DNA of 64,000 bases from Francisellaceae bacterium (lineage in GTDB: Bacteria; Pseudomonadota; Gammaproteobacteria; Francisellales; Francisellaceae): the NCBI GenBank assembly GCA_028355575.1, contig JAOMSY010000001.1, positions 13,542 to 77,541 of the forward strand, given 5' to 3'. Position numbers and translations under genes: made by a program. Each line of letters opens with the position of its first letter. Within the stretch, counting starts at the first letter, position 1. Of this stretch, positions 10,639 through 21,312 are shown in pieces. The notes under the pieces were generated by a model. It had not been told where the DNA came from and searched no databases. It saw only the letters and a program-made list of their open reading frames with translations.

Positions 10639-12051
10639 ATGAGTGATTTAAAAGCTGAAGTTGTTGTACTTGGTAGTGGGCCTGGTGGTTACAGTGCTGC
10701 ATTTCGTGCTGCAGATTTAGGTAAAAAAGTAATCTTGATTGAGCGTTACAGCGAAATTGGTGGCGTTTGTTTAAATGTAGGATGTATTCCATCAAAAGCA
10801 TTGCTGCACGTTGCTAAAGTGGTTAATGAGGCGCGTCATTTGCAAAATGATGGTATCGTTGATTTTGGCGAGATTAAATTCAATAAAGATAAAGTCGTTG
10901 CTTATAAATCAAGCATAATCAAAAAATTGACGACAGGTCTTAAAGGCATGGCAAAAATGCGTAAAGTCGATATTGTTGAAGGCTATGGTAAATTTACTTC
11001 ACCTAATGAAATTGCCGTTGAAACAAAAGATGGTACAAAAACGGTTGGTTTTGATAACTGTATTATAGCAGCTGGTTCTGAGTCGATTAAGCTTCCATTC
11101 ATTCCAGAAGATCCACGTATCATTGATTCAACTGGCGCGCTAGAGATGGAAGAAGTCCCAGAAAATATGCTTGTAATCGGTGGTGGTATCATCGGTCTTG
11201 AAATGGCGCAAGTCTACAGTGAAATGGGTTCTAAAATCACAGTTGTTGAATTTATGGATCAACTCATGGGTGCAGCGGATAAAGATATCGTTAAGCCATA
11301 CGAAAAAATGATGGCTAAAAAATATGATATCCGTTTAAAAACAAAAGTAACCGCAGTTGAAGCCAAAGAAGATGGTTTGTATGTATCAATGGAAGGTGAA
11401 AAAGGTAACGATAAGCCTGAAAAATTTGATCGTATTCTAATGGCGGTTGGTCGTACACCTAATGGTAAAAAACTTGATGCAGATAAAGCGGGTGTCAATG
11501 TTGATGAAAGAGGTTTCATCAATGTTAATAATCAACAAAAAACAAATGTTCCGCATATTTATGCGATTGGTGATGTGGTTGGTCAACCAATGTTGGCACA
11601 TAAAGCTGTCCCTGAAGGGCGCTTAGCGGCTGAAGTTATTTCTGGTCAAAAACACTTCTTTGAACCTAAATGTATTCCTTCTGTTGCATATACTGACCCA
11701 GAAGTTGCGTGGACAGGTTTAACTGAAAAAGAAGCCAAAGAGAAAGGCATTAAATACGACAAAGGTGTTTTCCCTTGGGCTGCAAGTGGTCGTTCTTTGA
11801 GTATCGGTCGTGATGAAGGTATGACGAAAGTTCTTTATGATGAAAATCATGTCATTCTTGGCGCGGGTATTGTTGGACCAAATGCGGGTGAATTAATTGC
11901 TGAAGCGTGTTTGGCAATCGAAATGGGCTGTGATGCTGAAGATATTTCTTTAACGATTCATCCTCATCCAACCTTGTCTGAAACTTTGGCGATGGCAACT
12001 GAAGTTTATGAAGGTACTGCCACTGACTTACCTCCTCAGAAAAAGAAATAA
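10639..12051 (+). CDS. lpdA: Dihydrolipoamide dehydrogenase E3
   Basis: GSGPGGY, GGVCLNVGCIPSK redox disulfide, HPHPTLSE. Confidence 0.98.
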   Translation: MSDLKAEVVVLGSGPGGYSAAFRAADLGKKVILIERYSEIGGVCLNVGCIPSKALLHVAKVVNEARHLQNDGIVDFGEIKFNKDKVVAYKSSIIKKLTTGLKGMAKMRKVDIVEGYGKFTSPNEIAVETKDGTKTVGFDNCIIAAGSESIKLPFIPEDPRIIDSTGALEMEEVPENMLVIGGGIIGLEMAQVYSEMGSKITVVEFMDQLMGAADKDIVKPYEKMMAKKYDIRLKTKVTAVEAKEDGLYVSMEGEKGNDKPEKFDRILMAVGRTPNGKKLDADKAGVNVDERGFINVNNQQKTNVPHIYAIGDVVGQPMLAHKAVPEGRLAAEVISGQKHFFEPKCIPSVAYTDPEVAWTGLTEKEAKEKGIKYDKGVFPWAASGRSLSIGRDEGMTKVLYDENHVILGAGIVGPNAGELIAEACLAIEMGCDAEDISLTIHPHPTLSETLAMATEVYEGTATDLPPQKKK

Positions 12052-12088
12052 GTATATCTTCTTCTTTTTTTATAATCTCCCTTAAATT

Positions 12089-12119
12089 AAAAGGCTGTAA
12101 CTAACTACTACAGCCTTTT
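12089..12119 (+). terminator. Intrinsic (probably bidirectional) terminator after lpdA
   Basis: Perfect 11-bp inverted repeat AAAAGGCTGTA...TACAGCCTTTT. Confidence 0.8.
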
Positions 12120-12152
12120 GTCATTATTAAAATATTTAATTTTCTATTCGTA

Positions 12153-12177
12153 TTATCACTAAAGATTTAAGTGATAA
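12153..12177. promoter_or_regulatory. Palindrome upstream of the glycan operon (candidate operator); TATAAT at 12214-12219
   Basis: TTATCACT-N9-AGTGATAA. Confidence 0.3.
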
Positions 12178-12296
12178 CTTTTGTTATCCTGATTTTCACA
12201 TATAACGACTGCGTATAATGGTATAAGAAAACATTATTTAACTTTATAGTTAAAGTTGATTAAAGTTTTATGCCATAAAAAGTTCAAGGATAGAAT

Positions 12297-13997
12297 ATGG
12301 CGTTCGAACTAATAGATGAGAAACTGGTTTCTAAAGAGGAAAAAATAGAACTACAGAAAAAGATACCTGATTTAAAATCTTGGGACTTAACGCCAAGACA
12401 ATTGTGTGATTTAGAGCTAATTATGAATGGTGGGTTTTCACCTTTAACAGGATTTTTAAATGAAGATGATTATAACTCAGTATGTGAAGATTTAAGGCTT
12501 AAATCTGGCGAATTATGGGCGATGCCAATTACGCTAGATGTTTCAGAAGCCTTTGCTGGAAGTTTGGCTAAAAATGAAGAAATTGTTTTACGTGACCTAG
12601 AAGGCGTTCCGTTAGCAATTCTAAAAGTTGAATCGAACTGGCAGCCAGATAAAGCCAAAGAAGCTGAGTTGGTTTTTGGTAAGAATGATACTGCGCATCC
12701 AGCGGTGAGTTATTTACATAATCAAGCTGGGAGTTGGTATTTAGGTGGTGGAATACTAGGCTTAGAAATGCCTAAACATTATGATTATATTTCACATCGC
12801 CATACGCCGAATGAGCTTCGCTCCATGTTTAATAAAAATGGCTGGGATAAAATTGTCGCTTTTCAGACACGAAACCCCATGCATAGAGCGCACTATGAGC
12901 TGACATTGAGGGCAGTTAAAGATCAAAAAGCAAGCTTATTGCTTCATCCTGTGGTTGGTATGACCAAGCCAGGTGATATTGATCACTACACGCGCGTTCG
13001 TTGTTATGAGCAGATTATCAAAAAATATCCTGAGCAAACATCTGCATTAAGTTTATTACCATTAGCCATGCGTATGGGTGGACCAAGAGAAGCGTTATGG
13101 CATGCGCAGATACGTAATAATTACGGAGCAACCCATTTTATTGTAGGACGGGATCATGCTGGGCCAGGTAAAGATAGTTTAGGTGAAGATTTTTATGATC
13201 CATATGCGGCTCAAGTTCTTGTCGAGAAATACGCGGATGAGATTGGGGTTCAGGTTGTCCCATTTAAAGCTGTGGTCTATGTGGAAAATAAAGCAGAATA
13301 CCATCCAGCTGATGAAGTGGAAGAGACAGATAAGGTTTTAAATATTTCAGGCACGGAATTTAGAAGAAGGCTGCGTAATGATTTAGATATTCCTTCTTGG
13401 TTTTCATTTCCAGATGTGATTACGGAGCTAAAGAAATCATATCCAGCTAAACATAAACAGGGCTTTACAATATTTTTCACAGGGCTTTCAGGAGCTGGTA
13501 AATCAACCATTGCTAATGCGCTAATGATTAAGTTATTAGAGCATGGGGATCGACCAGTCACTTTATTAGATGGTGATATTGTGCGTAAAAATTTATCAAG
13601 TGAATTATCATTCTCTAAAGAGCACCGTGACCTGAATATTATGCGTATTGGGTATGTTGCTTCTGAGATTACTAAGCACCGTGGTATTGCTATTTGTGCG
13701 CCGATTGCGCCTTATGCTAAAACACGCCAAGCGGTACGAGGTGAAATCGAGCAATTTGGTGGCTTTATTGAGGTGCACGTTTCAACGTCATTAGAGGTTT
13801 GTGAAAGCCGTGATCGTAAGGGGTTATACGAAAAGGCTAGAAAAGGGATTATTAAGCATTTTACTGGTATTGATGATCCATATGAAGTGCCAACGCATGC
13901 GGAAATAATAGTTGATACCACTAAATTATCTGTGATGGAGTCGGTTCAACATATCCTATTAGAAATTGAAAGTATGGGTTACCTATTGGGTAATTAG
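12297..13997 (+). CDS. cysC: Bifunctional sulfate adenylyltransferase (Sat-type)/adenylylsulfate kinase
   Basis: Sat motifs FQTRNPMHRAH and GRDHAGPG; C-terminal APS kinase motifs GLSGAGKST, LLDGDIVR, RDRKGLY, FTGIDDPYE. Confidence 0.93.
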   Translation: MAFELIDEKLVSKEEKIELQKKIPDLKSWDLTPRQLCDLELIMNGGFSPLTGFLNEDDYNSVCEDLRLKSGELWAMPITLDVSEAFAGSLAKNEEIVLRDLEGVPLAILKVESNWQPDKAKEAELVFGKNDTAHPAVSYLHNQAGSWYLGGGILGLEMPKHYDYISHRHTPNELRSMFNKNGWDKIVAFQTRNPMHRAHYELTLRAVKDQKASLLLHPVVGMTKPGDIDHYTRVRCYEQIIKKYPEQTSALSLLPLAMRMGGPREALWHAQIRNNYGATHFIVGRDHAGPGKDSLGEDFYDPYAAQVLVEKYADEIGVQVVPFKAVVYVENKAEYHPADEVEETDKVLNISGTEFRRRLRNDLDIPSWFSFPDVITELKKSYPAKHKQGFTIFFTGLSGAGKSTIANALMIKLLEHGDRPVTLLDGDIVRKNLSSELSFSKEHRDLNIMRIGYVASEITKHRGIAICAPIAPYAKTRQAVRGEIEQFGGFIEVHVSTSLEVCESRDRKGLYEKARKGIIKHFTGIDDPYEVPTHAEIIVDTTKLSVMESVQHILLEIESMGYLLGN

Positions 13998-14014
13998 ATA
14001 ACTAATAACAATAA

Positions 14015-14044
14015 TGCCATTCCGTGACTCGACCACGGAATCCA
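14015..14044. repeat. GC-rich palindromic REP/RPE-like unit
   Basis: TGCCATTCCGTGACTCGACCACGGAATCCA; stem ATTCCGTG/CACGGAAT. Confidence 0.5.
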
Positions 14045-14057
14045 TAAGCCCTTAAAT

Positions 14058-14861
14058 ATGGATGAATGTTTGATGAAAAACTTAAACCAGCTGTTAGATG
14101 TTGCGCTTAATGCAGCTAATCATGCCTCTGAAAAAATGTTAGAAATCTATCAAAAAGATTTCTCAATTGATTACAAAGATGATAAAAGTCCATTGACTGA
14201 AGCGGATGAAGCATCCCATCAAATAATATACAACTTGTTGAAAGACTTAGGATATCCCGTTATTTCTGAAGAGTCAAAGCCAGAGGAATTGATTGATTCG
14301 ACATCACAGTCCAATCGATTCTGGTTAGTTGATCCCTTAGATGGGACAAAAGAATTTATCAAAAAGAATGGCGAGTTTACAGTCAACATTGCCTTGATTG
14401 AGAATAATCGACCGATCTTAGGTGTGGTTGCTATTCCTGCTCAAAATAAAACTTATTATGCTATTCAAGGGCAGGGTGCTTATAAGGTAAAAGGTGGTAA
14501 TGCGCAAAAAATAAACTGCTCTAAAACTGCTGATTTATCAGTTGCAACGATTGCAGTAAGTCGTTCACATTTGAAACAAGAAGATCAAGATTTTATCGCT
14601 AGAAACAATATTGCTAATACTAAGCCACTGGGCAGTGCATTAAAGTATTGTGAAATTGCTGATGGCTCAGTAGATTTATCTATTCGCTTTACGCCATTAA
14701 TGCAGTGGGATCTAGCTGCTTCTGATATTATTGTCCATGAGGCGGGTGGTGTTGTGTCTGACTTTAAAGGGTGTGGGTATCAGTATGACCCTCAAGATAG
14801 CGAAAATGCCCTAGTGGATGGCTTGATTGCAAGAAATGAGAACTTGGTTGTAAGTATTTAA
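14058..14861 (+). CDS. cysQ: 3'(2'),5'-bisphosphate nucleotidase (start may be ATG 14073)
   Basis: KDDKSPLTEAD, FWLVDPLDGTKEF, GEFTVNIALIE, WDLAA. Confidence 0.93.
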   Translation: MDECLMKNLNQLLDVALNAANHASEKMLEIYQKDFSIDYKDDKSPLTEADEASHQIIYNLLKDLGYPVISEESKPEELIDSTSQSNRFWLVDPLDGTKEFIKKNGEFTVNIALIENNRPILGVVAIPAQNKTYYAIQGQGAYKVKGGNAQKINCSKTADLSVATIAVSRSHLKQEDQDFIARNNIANTKPLGSALKYCEIADGSVDLSIRFTPLMQWDLAASDIIVHEAGGVVSDFKGCGYQYDPQDSENALVDGLIARNENLVVSI

Positions 14862-14925
14862 TTTATGCCATACATGCAAATCACGCAGGATTATGTTTAA
14901 ATAATAATATTCTAATCACAAGGAT

Positions 14926-15936
14926 GTGATGGTGTTATTAGTTACAGGTGCAGCAGGTTTTATTGGTTTTCATCTCTGCAAAAAACGTCTTGAGCAAGGC
15001 GAGGACGTATTAGGAATTGATAATTTAAATGACTACTATGATGTTTCCCTAAAACATGCACGTTTAAATCAATTACAAAAATATTCAAATTTCACATTTG
15101 TGAAAATAGATATTTCTGACCGTGATGGCATAGCAAATCTTTTCAAAAAACACCCAATTAAGCGCGTAGTCAATTTGGCGGCACAGGCTGGTGTAAGGTA
15201 TTCAATTGAAAATCCTCATGCTTATATTGATTCGAATGTGGTTGGATTTACCAATATTATCGAAGGTTGTCGTCACCATAATGTTGAACACTTGGTTTAT
15301 GCTTCTACTAGCTCTGTGTATGGTGCCAATGAGCTACAACCATTTTCAGAAGGGAAGAGTGTCAATCATCCATTAGCAATTTATGCTGCTACAAAAAAGG
15401 CAAATGAGCTGATTGCACATTCATACTCACATTTATATGGATTGCCTACAACGGGATTGCGGTTTTTTACAGTTTATGGGCCTTGGGGTCGACCAGATAT
15501 GGCTTTATTTTTATTTGCTGATGCAATTATGAATGATAAGCCATTGAATATTTTTAACCATGGAAAAATGGTGCGTGATTTCACTTATGTTGGTGATATT
15601 GTTGAAGGTGTCTCACGAGCGATAGATAAAACCGCAGAGCCAGATCCAGTTTGGGATGCAATGAATCCTGATCCAGCGACCAGTTATGCGCCTTATCGGG
15701 TATACAATATTGGTAATAATAATCCTGTTGAATTGATGGATTATGTGCATGCGATTGAGGATTCATTAGGTAAAAAAGGACAATATAACTTTATGCCAAT
15801 GCAAGATGGTGATGTGCCATCAACTTGCGCCGATGTATCACGATTAGAGGAAAATCTTGGATATAAGCCAAAAGTTTCAGTTAAAGATGGCGTGCAGGAT
15901 TTTGTTGATTGGTATAAAAACTATTATCAAAATTAA
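14926..15936 (+). CDS. NAD-dependent epimerase, UDP-glucuronate 4-epimerase type
   Basis: [47 protein letters not shown]. Confidence 0.9.
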   Translation: MMVLLVTGAAGFIGFHLCKKRLEQGEDVLGIDNLNDYYDVSLKHARLNQLQKYSNFTFVKIDISDRDGIANLFKKHPIKRVVNLAAQAGVRYSIENPHAYIDSNVVGFTNIIEGCRHHNVEHLVYASTSSVYGANELQPFSEGKSVNHPLAIYAATKKANELIAHSYSHLYGLPTTGLRFFTVYGPWGRPDMALFLFADAIMNDKPLNIFNHGKMVRDFTYVGDIVEGVSRAIDKTAEPDPVWDAMNPDPATSYAPYRVYNIGNNNPVELMDYVHAIEDSLGKKGQYNFMPMQDGDVPSTCADVSRLEENLGYKPKVSVKDGVQDFVDWYKNYYQN

Positions 15937-15958
15937 TAAAAGAATGAAGGGGTTATAA

Positions 15959-17113
15959 ATGAGTAATGAATATTTGTTTACATCTGAAAGTGTTTCAGAG
16001 GGTCATCCAGATAAAATAGCTGATCAGATTTCTGATGCAGTGCTTGATGCCATTATAGAGCAAGATCCAAATGCTCGAGTGGCTTGTGAAACATTGGTGA
16101 AAACAGGTATGGCATTAGTTGCAGGTGAAATAAATACTACTGCTTGGATTGATATTGAAGCGCTTGTGAGACAAGTTGTGTGTGATATTGGTTATACAGA
16201 TGCCTCTTTAGGATTTGATGGCAAGTCTTGTGCCGTATTGAATGCAATCGGTAAACAATCAACAGAGATCGCACAAGGTGTTGACCGTGAAGAGTTAATG
16301 AATCAGGGTGCAGGTGACCAAGGGTTAATGTTTGGTTTTGCAACCAATGAAACTGAAACCTATATGCCAGCAGCAATCTTCTATGCGCATAAATTAATGG
16401 CACGTCAGGCGTATTTACGTAAAAGTGGTGAGTTGGCTTGGTTAGGTCCAGATGCCAAAGCGCAAATCACCTTAAAATATGTGGATGGAGAGCCAGTTGC
16501 GGTTGATACGGTTGTTATATCGACCCAACATTCTGATTCAATACAGAACAAGGTTATTCATGAAGCAGTGATTGAGGAGATCATTAAACCCGTTCTTCCA
16601 AAAGAATTGATGCAGAATAAAGTTAAGTACCACATTAATCCAACAGGACGATTTGTGATTGGGGGGCCTGAAGGCGACTGTGGTTTAACTGGGCGTAAAA
16701 TAATAGTCGACACTTATGGTGGTGCTGCACATCATGGTGGTGGTGCATTTTCTGGTAAGGATCCCTCAAAAGTAGATCGTTCGGCTGCTTATATGGGGCG
16801 TTATGTGGCTAAGAATATTGTTGCTGCAGGTTTGGCTGACAAATGTGAGGTTCAAATTTCTTATGCAATTGGTGTGGCTGAACCAACCTCTGTTATGGTG
16901 AATACGTTTGGCACAGGTAAGATAAATGATTTTGAAATCTCAAAGGTAATTTTAAAGCATTTTGATTTAAGACCTTATGCGATTACACAGCAATTAGATC
17001 TGATTAGGCCAATTTATCAGAAGACTGCTGCATATGGTCATTTTGGTCGTGAAGATAAAGATTTTACTTGGGAAAATGTTGATAAAGCTGAGGAATTAGC
17101 TGCAGAGTTATAA
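15959..17113 (+). CDS. metK: S-adenosylmethionine synthetase
   Basis: [35 protein letters not shown]. Confidence 0.98.
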   Translation: MSNEYLFTSESVSEGHPDKIADQISDAVLDAIIEQDPNARVACETLVKTGMALVAGEINTTAWIDIEALVRQVVCDIGYTDASLGFDGKSCAVLNAIGKQSTEIAQGVDREELMNQGAGDQGLMFGFATNETETYMPAAIFYAHKLMARQAYLRKSGELAWLGPDAKAQITLKYVDGEPVAVDTVVISTQHSDSIQNKVIHEAVIEEIIKPVLPKELMQNKVKYHINPTGRFVIGGPEGDCGLTGRKIIVDTYGGAAHHGGGAFSGKDPSKVDRSAAYMGRYVAKNIVAAGLADKCEVQISYAIGVAEPTSVMVNTFGTGKINDFEISKVILKHFDLRPYAITQQLDLIRPIYQKTAAYGHFGREDKDFTWENVDKAEELAAEL

Positions 17114-17148
17114 ATATTGATAATTTGAAATTAAAATGAGAGGAAGTT

Positions 17149-18486
17149 ATGAGTACAGAGGTTATTGAAAAAAAGGTTGAGAATATGAATGTTTCTAAGG
17201 ATGTTGATTATAAGGTTGCAGATATTTCTTTGGCTGCTTGGGGTCGAAAAGAGATTAATATTGCAGAAACTGAAATGCCAGGTTTAATGGCTTTACGAGA
17301 AGAATTTGCAGAATCTCAACCTTTAAAAGGCGCTCGTATTGCAGGCTGTTTGCATATGACTATTCAGACAGCAGTTTTGATTGAGACGTTGACTGCTATA
17401 GGTGCAGAAGTACGTTGGTCAAGCTGTAATATCTTTTCAACACAAGACCACGCTGCTGCGGCAATGGCTGAAGCTGGTATTCCGGTATTTGCTTGGAAAG
17501 GTGAAACCGAAGAAGAGGCTGAATGGTGTATCCATCAAACAATAAAAGGTCCAAATGGTTGGACGCCAAATATGATTCTTGATGATGGTGGGGATTTAAC
17601 CTTAATAGCGCATAATGATTACCCTGAGCTAATGAAAGAAATTAAAGGTATTAGTGAGGAGACAACAACAGGTGTGCATCGGTTATACGAAATGGTTAAA
17701 AGTGGCAAATTGAAATGTCCTGCTATTAATGTTAATGACTCAGTTACAAAGTCTAAATTTGATAATCTTTATGGTTGCCGTGAATCATTAGTAGATGGCA
17801 TTAAACGTGCTACAGATGTCATGATAGCGGGTAAAATTGCCGTTGTGTTAGGGTATGGTGATGTCGGAAAAGGCTGTGTTCAGGCTTTAAAAGGCCTAGG
17901 TGCGACCATAATGGTGACAGAGATTGATCCTATTTGCGCATTACAGGCAGCAATGGAAGGTTTTCGCGTAGTAACAATGGATGATGCTTGTAAAGTCGGT
18001 AACATTTTTGTAACAACCACGGGTAATAAAAACGTCATTAATCATGATCATATGGCCAAGATGAAAGATCAATCTATTGTGTGTAATATTGGTCATTTTG
18101 ACAATGAAATTGATATTGCTTCAATTGAAGGATATGAGTGGGATGAGATTAAGCCCCAAGTAGATCATGTTACTTTCCCTGACGGTAAAAAGTTGATTAT
18201 TCTAGCCAAAGGTCGTTTGGTGAACTTAGGTTGTGCGACGGGACATCCAAGTTTTGTGATGTCTAATTCATTTACGAATCAGGTGATTGCACAAATTGAG
18301 TTATGGGAAAATGCACAGGATTATGAGAATAAAGTCTATATGTTGCCTAAGAAATTAGATGAGAAGGTGGCAAGTTTGCACCTTAAGAAAATCGGGGTTG
18401 ATTTAACTCAATTGACACAAGAACAGGCTGACTATATAGGTGTGCCTGTTGAGGGGCCGTATAAACCTGAGTATTATCGTTATTAG
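17149..18486 (+). CDS. ahcY: Adenosylhomocysteinase
   Basis: [56 protein letters not shown]. Confidence 0.98.
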   Translation: MSTEVIEKKVENMNVSKDVDYKVADISLAAWGRKEINIAETEMPGLMALREEFAESQPLKGARIAGCLHMTIQTAVLIETLTAIGAEVRWSSCNIFSTQDHAAAAMAEAGIPVFAWKGETEEEAEWCIHQTIKGPNGWTPNMILDDGGDLTLIAHNDYPELMKEIKGISEETTTGVHRLYEMVKSGKLKCPAINVNDSVTKSKFDNLYGCRESLVDGIKRATDVMIAGKIAVVLGYGDVGKGCVQALKGLGATIMVTEIDPICALQAAMEGFRVVTMDDACKVGNIFVTTTGNKNVINHDHMAKMKDQSIVCNIGHFDNEIDIASIEGYEWDEIKPQVDHVTFPDGKKLIILAKGRLVNLGCATGHPSFVMSNSFTNQVIAQIELWENAQDYENKVYMLPKKLDEKVASLHLKKIGVDLTQLTQEQADYIGVPVEGPYKPEYYRY

Positions 18487-18524
18487 ATTTGCTAGTATGA
18501 TTGTCTATAAGCCAAGGAAAATTC

Positions 18525-19778
18525 ATGAATAGGAAAATATCGGTTATCGGTTTAGGGTATGTTGGTTTGCCTGTTGCTGTTGCTTTTGGTCACAAGCACG
18601 AAGTGATCGCTTTCGATATCAAGCAAGATCGAATTTTAGAACTTAAATCTGGACACGATTCAACCTTAGAGGTTGATGATACTGAGCTTAGTCTGGCCAA
18701 TTTATTGCTTACTTCAAACCCAGATGACATACAAAAAGCAGATTTTCATATTGTAGCAGTCCCAACCCCTATTGATGCTGCGAATCAACCAGATTTAACA
18801 CCCTTGCTTAAGGCAAGTGAAACGATTGGTGCTCAGCTCAAGGTTGGTGATATCGTTGTTTATGAATCTACTGTCTACCCTGGTGCGACAGAGGAAGATT
18901 GTGTTCCTGTTCTGGAGAAATACTCAGGGTTGAAGAGTGGCAAAGATTTTTTTGTGGGTTATTCGCCTGAAAGAATAAATCCAGGCGATAAAGAACATAC
19001 TTTTACCAAAATTAAAAAAGTTGTTTCTGGGCAGACATCAAGCGTGTTAAATATTGTATCAGAAGTATATGCATCTGTGGTAACGGCTGGAGTATTTGAA
19101 GCAAGCTCAATTAAAGTGGCTGAAGCAGCTAAAGTGATTGAGAATTCTCAACGGGATATAAATATTGCTTTTGTAAATGAACTTTCAAGAATATTTGGAT
19201 TAATGGATATTTCAACGCACGAAGTATTGGAGGCTGCAGGCAGTAAATGGAACTTTTTACCATTTAAGCCAGGTTTAGTGGGTGGTCATTGTATTGGGGT
19301 TGATCCATATTATTTAACACATAAGGCAGAGAAGCTTGGTTATCATCCGCAGGTTATTTTAGCCGGTAGAAGAATTAATGATGGTATGGGTAAATATATT
19401 GCTGAAAAAACCATTAAGGCAATGATCGCTAATAATGTACCTATACGTGGCGCTAAGGTTGGTATATTGGGTTTTGCTTTTAAAGAAAATTGTCCTGATG
19501 TTAGAAACACAAAAGTGATTGATATTATTAACGAACTTAAAGAGTATTCAATTGGGAGTATTGTCATTGATCCAGTTGCTGATGCTTATGAGGCTAAACA
19601 TGAATACAGTATCAATCTTGCTAGAGATTATAAAAACTTAAAGGAAGTTGATGTTGTCATTGTTGCAGTAGCGCATGATGTTTTTAAAACAGATGAGTTG
19701 TCAGATTTGCTTTCCAATAAAGTGGTAGTAGTGGATGTTAAAAATTGTATGAGCTTAAATGACAGGGTTGTATTGTAA
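18525..19778 (+). CDS. UDP-N-acetylhexosamine 6-dehydrogenase (TviB/WbpO-like)
   Basis: GLGYVGLP, YESTVYPGATEE, YSPERINPGD, GGHCIGVDPYYL catalytic Cys; ATG 18525 follows AAGGA. Confidence 0.9.
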   Translation: MNRKISVIGLGYVGLPVAVAFGHKHEVIAFDIKQDRILELKSGHDSTLEVDDTELSLANLLLTSNPDDIQKADFHIVAVPTPIDAANQPDLTPLLKASETIGAQLKVGDIVVYESTVYPGATEEDCVPVLEKYSGLKSGKDFFVGYSPERINPGDKEHTFTKIKKVVSGQTSSVLNIVSEVYASVVTAGVFEASSIKVAEAAKVIENSQRDINIAFVNELSRIFGLMDISTHEVLEAAGSKWNFLPFKPGLVGGHCIGVDPYYLTHKAEKLGYHPQVILAGRRINDGMGKYIAEKTIKAMIANNVPIRGAKVGILGFAFKENCPDVRNTKVIDIINELKEYSIGSIVIDPVADAYEAKHEYSINLARDYKNLKEVDVVIVAVAHDVFKTDELSDLLSNKVVVVDVKNCMSLNDRVVL

Positions 19779-20800
19779 TGGCAAAGCAACAACAGAAAAA
19801 TTTTGGATTAATTGGTGCTGCTGGCTATATCGCACCTCGGCATATGCGGGCAATTAAAGACACAGGGCATAACTTATCTGTCGCCATGGATAAGTTTGAC
19901 TCTGTTGGGATATTAGATAGTTTCTTTCCAGAGGCGGATTTCTTTACAGAGTTTGAACGTTTAGAAAGGCATGTTAATAAGTTACAACATAGTGATCATA
20001 AGCTGGATTATGTTTCTATTTGTTCGCCAAACTATTTACATGATAGTCATATTCGCTTTGGTTTAAGGAATCAAATGCATGCTATTTGTGAAAAGCCATT
20101 GGCGCTAAACCCCTGGACATTAGAAGCGTTAGAACAAGTTGAAAAAGAAACTGGCTTTAATGTTTATAACGTACTACAGCTTAGGCTACACCCATCTATT
20201 ATTGCATTAAAAAAGAAGATAGAGCAGTCCCCAGAAAATAAAATATTTGATGTTGATTTGACTTACTTAACTTCGAGAGGCACTTGGTATTATACCACAT
20301 GGAAAGCAAATGATGATGAATCAGGCGGCATTGCTACGAATATAGGCGTGCACTTTTTTGATATGTTGGCTTGGATATTTGGCAAGGTTAAGGTCAATGA
20401 AGTGCATATCAGCGAAATTGACAAAGCTGCGGGTTATTTAGAATTTCAAAAAGCCAGGGTGCGGTGGTTTTTGAGTATAAATCCTGAAATGTTGCCAGCT
20501 GAAGTATTACTAAAGCAACAAAGAACCTATCGCTCCATTACCATTGACAGTAAAGCGTTAGAATTTAGTGGTGGTTTTACTGACTTACATACACAGACAT
20601 ATCAGCATATTCTTAGTGGGCAAGGTTATCGGGTGGGTGACGCTAGAACAGCCATAGAAACGGTATTTCAAGTCAGGCATCAAAAGCCAAAAGGACTGGC
20701 GGATCGATCGCATCCATTTTGTCAAAAAGCATTAAAAACACCATTTCAAGGTTTTTCTAAAGATTTGGTAGGGAAATACTTGAGAAAATTAACTCAGTGA
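19778..20800 (+). CDS. wbpB: Gfo/Idh/MocA oxidoreductase, WbpB/WlbA-like (UDP-GlcNAcA 3-dehydrogenase)
   Basis: GAAGYIAPRHM, ICSPNYLHDSH, CEKPL, GGIATNIGVHFFD, EFSGGFTDLH. Confidence 0.85.
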   Translation: MAKQQQKNFGLIGAAGYIAPRHMRAIKDTGHNLSVAMDKFDSVGILDSFFPEADFFTEFERLERHVNKLQHSDHKLDYVSICSPNYLHDSHIRFGLRNQMHAICEKPLALNPWTLEALEQVEKETGFNVYNVLQLRLHPSIIALKKKIEQSPENKIFDVDLTYLTSRGTWYYTTWKANDDESGGIATNIGVHFFDMLAWIFGKVKVNEVHISEIDKAAGYLEFQKARVRWFLSINPEMLPAEVLLKQQRTYRSITIDSKALEFSGGFTDLHTQTYQHILSGQGYRVGDARTAIETVFQVRHQKPKGLADRSHPFCQKALKTPFQGFSKDLVGKYLRKLTQ

Positions 20801-21312
20801 GCAATGTAAGTATGAGTGATCCTCACATTCATGGAAGCAGATATTTTGATGATAATATTACCATAGTCAAGGGTGCCAAGATTCAGCGTTTTTGTCATAT
20901 GTTAGCAAACTCCCAAATTAGCTGGGTGGATCAGCGTGTGAGGGTGGGTGTAAATTCAAGATTAGATACCATTCAAGGAGCGATGCTTCAGGTAAAGTTA
21001 AAATACTTGTATCAAGAAATTGAAACCAGAAGGCAAACCGCCAAAGCATGTCAAAACAATATCAAGACACAGATATTGTTTACCAAAACAGATCGAACCC
21101 ATGTTTATGGGCAGTATACTGCAAGAGTAAAAGATAGAGTTCAATTTATAGCTGAATTAAAGGAGCAGGGCATACCAACAACTATACATTATCCGGTACC
21201 ACTTAATAAGCAATCAGCCTCCTTAGATGTGGCTGCTGATTGTATGATATCAGACACTATATCAGAACAAGTAGTGAGCTTGCCGATTTTAACTTATAGT
21301 GAGTTTATCTGA
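20797..21312 (+). pseudogene. In-frame fusion remnant: N-terminus of a WbpD-like acetyltransferase joined to the C-terminus of a WbpE-like DegT aminotransferase
   Basis: HIHGSRYFDDNITIVKGAKIQRFCH (start of a hexapeptide-repeat protein), then RVGVNSRLDTIQ, HVYGQYT, GIPTTIHYPVPL; the PLP-lysine region is absent. Confidence 0.75.
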
